A stretch of DNA of 64,000 nt, from the sequence record MT612988.1; one strand, 5' to 3'. A program made the translations under genes and the position numbers. This document shows positions 63,770 through 64,000 of the stretch, piece after piece. The notes under the pieces were generated by a model. That model searched no databases, was not told the DNA's origin, and saw only the letters and a program-made list of their open reading frames with translations. Position 1 is the stretch's first letter; every line of letters starts with the position of its first letter.

Positions 63770-64000
63770 TTATACCGTTACTGCGTGAGTGTATGACAGC
63801 TTAGAACTGTTCGCAAGAACACCAAGATTATCCCAGTCGATTTCAACGGCACCCGTTTGATTGTCTTCTAATGGGGCTACGGTCAATGCGTATCGAGCAA
63901 TCACACCGTAAATTGGGTGGAATGATTTTGAGTCTTGTGTTTTATATTGATATGCAATACCAGCGTCTGTTGCTTTGTCAAAGTTGTATGGGCTGAATAC
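63770..64000 (-). CDS. Partial CDS (C-terminal 76 aa), hypothetical
   Basis: Open frame from the window edge to a TAA at 63770-63772. Confidence 0.55.
   Translation of the reverse strand, partial: VFSPYNFDKATDAGIAYQYKTQDSKSFHPIYGVIARYALTVAPLEDNQTGAVEIDWDNLGVLANSSKLSYTHAVTV

Noticed and set aside
1-64000. tRNA or rRNA genes
   Set aside because: No cloverleaf with T-loop and CCA signatures was recognised by eye; a tRNAscan-SE run would be needed to exclude them fully.

Overview
This is a 64 kb segment of a large T4-like (Tevenvirinae/Straboviridae) myophage genome, most similar in gene content to the KVP40/nt-1-type Vibrio phages (inference from NatV, Rnl2, the queuosine-type cluster and a 745-aa gp46). 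Almost all real genes are on the minus strand. Most short plus-strand ORFs in the track are antisense shadows. Recognisable core genes: dda, rIIA/rIIB, rnl2, gene 49 (EndoVII, inverted), gene 31, cd, pseT, spanins, rnlA, 43, regA, 62, 44, 45, 46, 47 and 55. Accessory functions: NAD salvage (NatV), a 7-deazaguanine cluster (Gat, QueC, QueF, DpdA/TGT-like, FolE, QueD), a K+ channel, a DNA adenine MTase, ArdA-like, macrodomain and NADAR proteins, and a GIY-YIG homing endonuclease. The most unusual observations are four. (1) A non-coding array of seven perfect, same-strand, roughly helically phased DnaA boxes at 97-205, in a phage that encodes its own replisome. (2) At least eight dispersed genes begin with a T4 internal-protein-like capsid targeting sequence, and most have a T4-type late promoter; they include a methyltransferase, a possible ADP-ribosyltransferase and a glycine-zipper membrane protein, suggesting a virion-packaged effector payload. 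(3) A non-coding repeat with an exact 9-bp period. (4) A three-way-junction RNA candidate downstream of a late promoter. All family assignments come from motif recognition by eye; no database searches were run.
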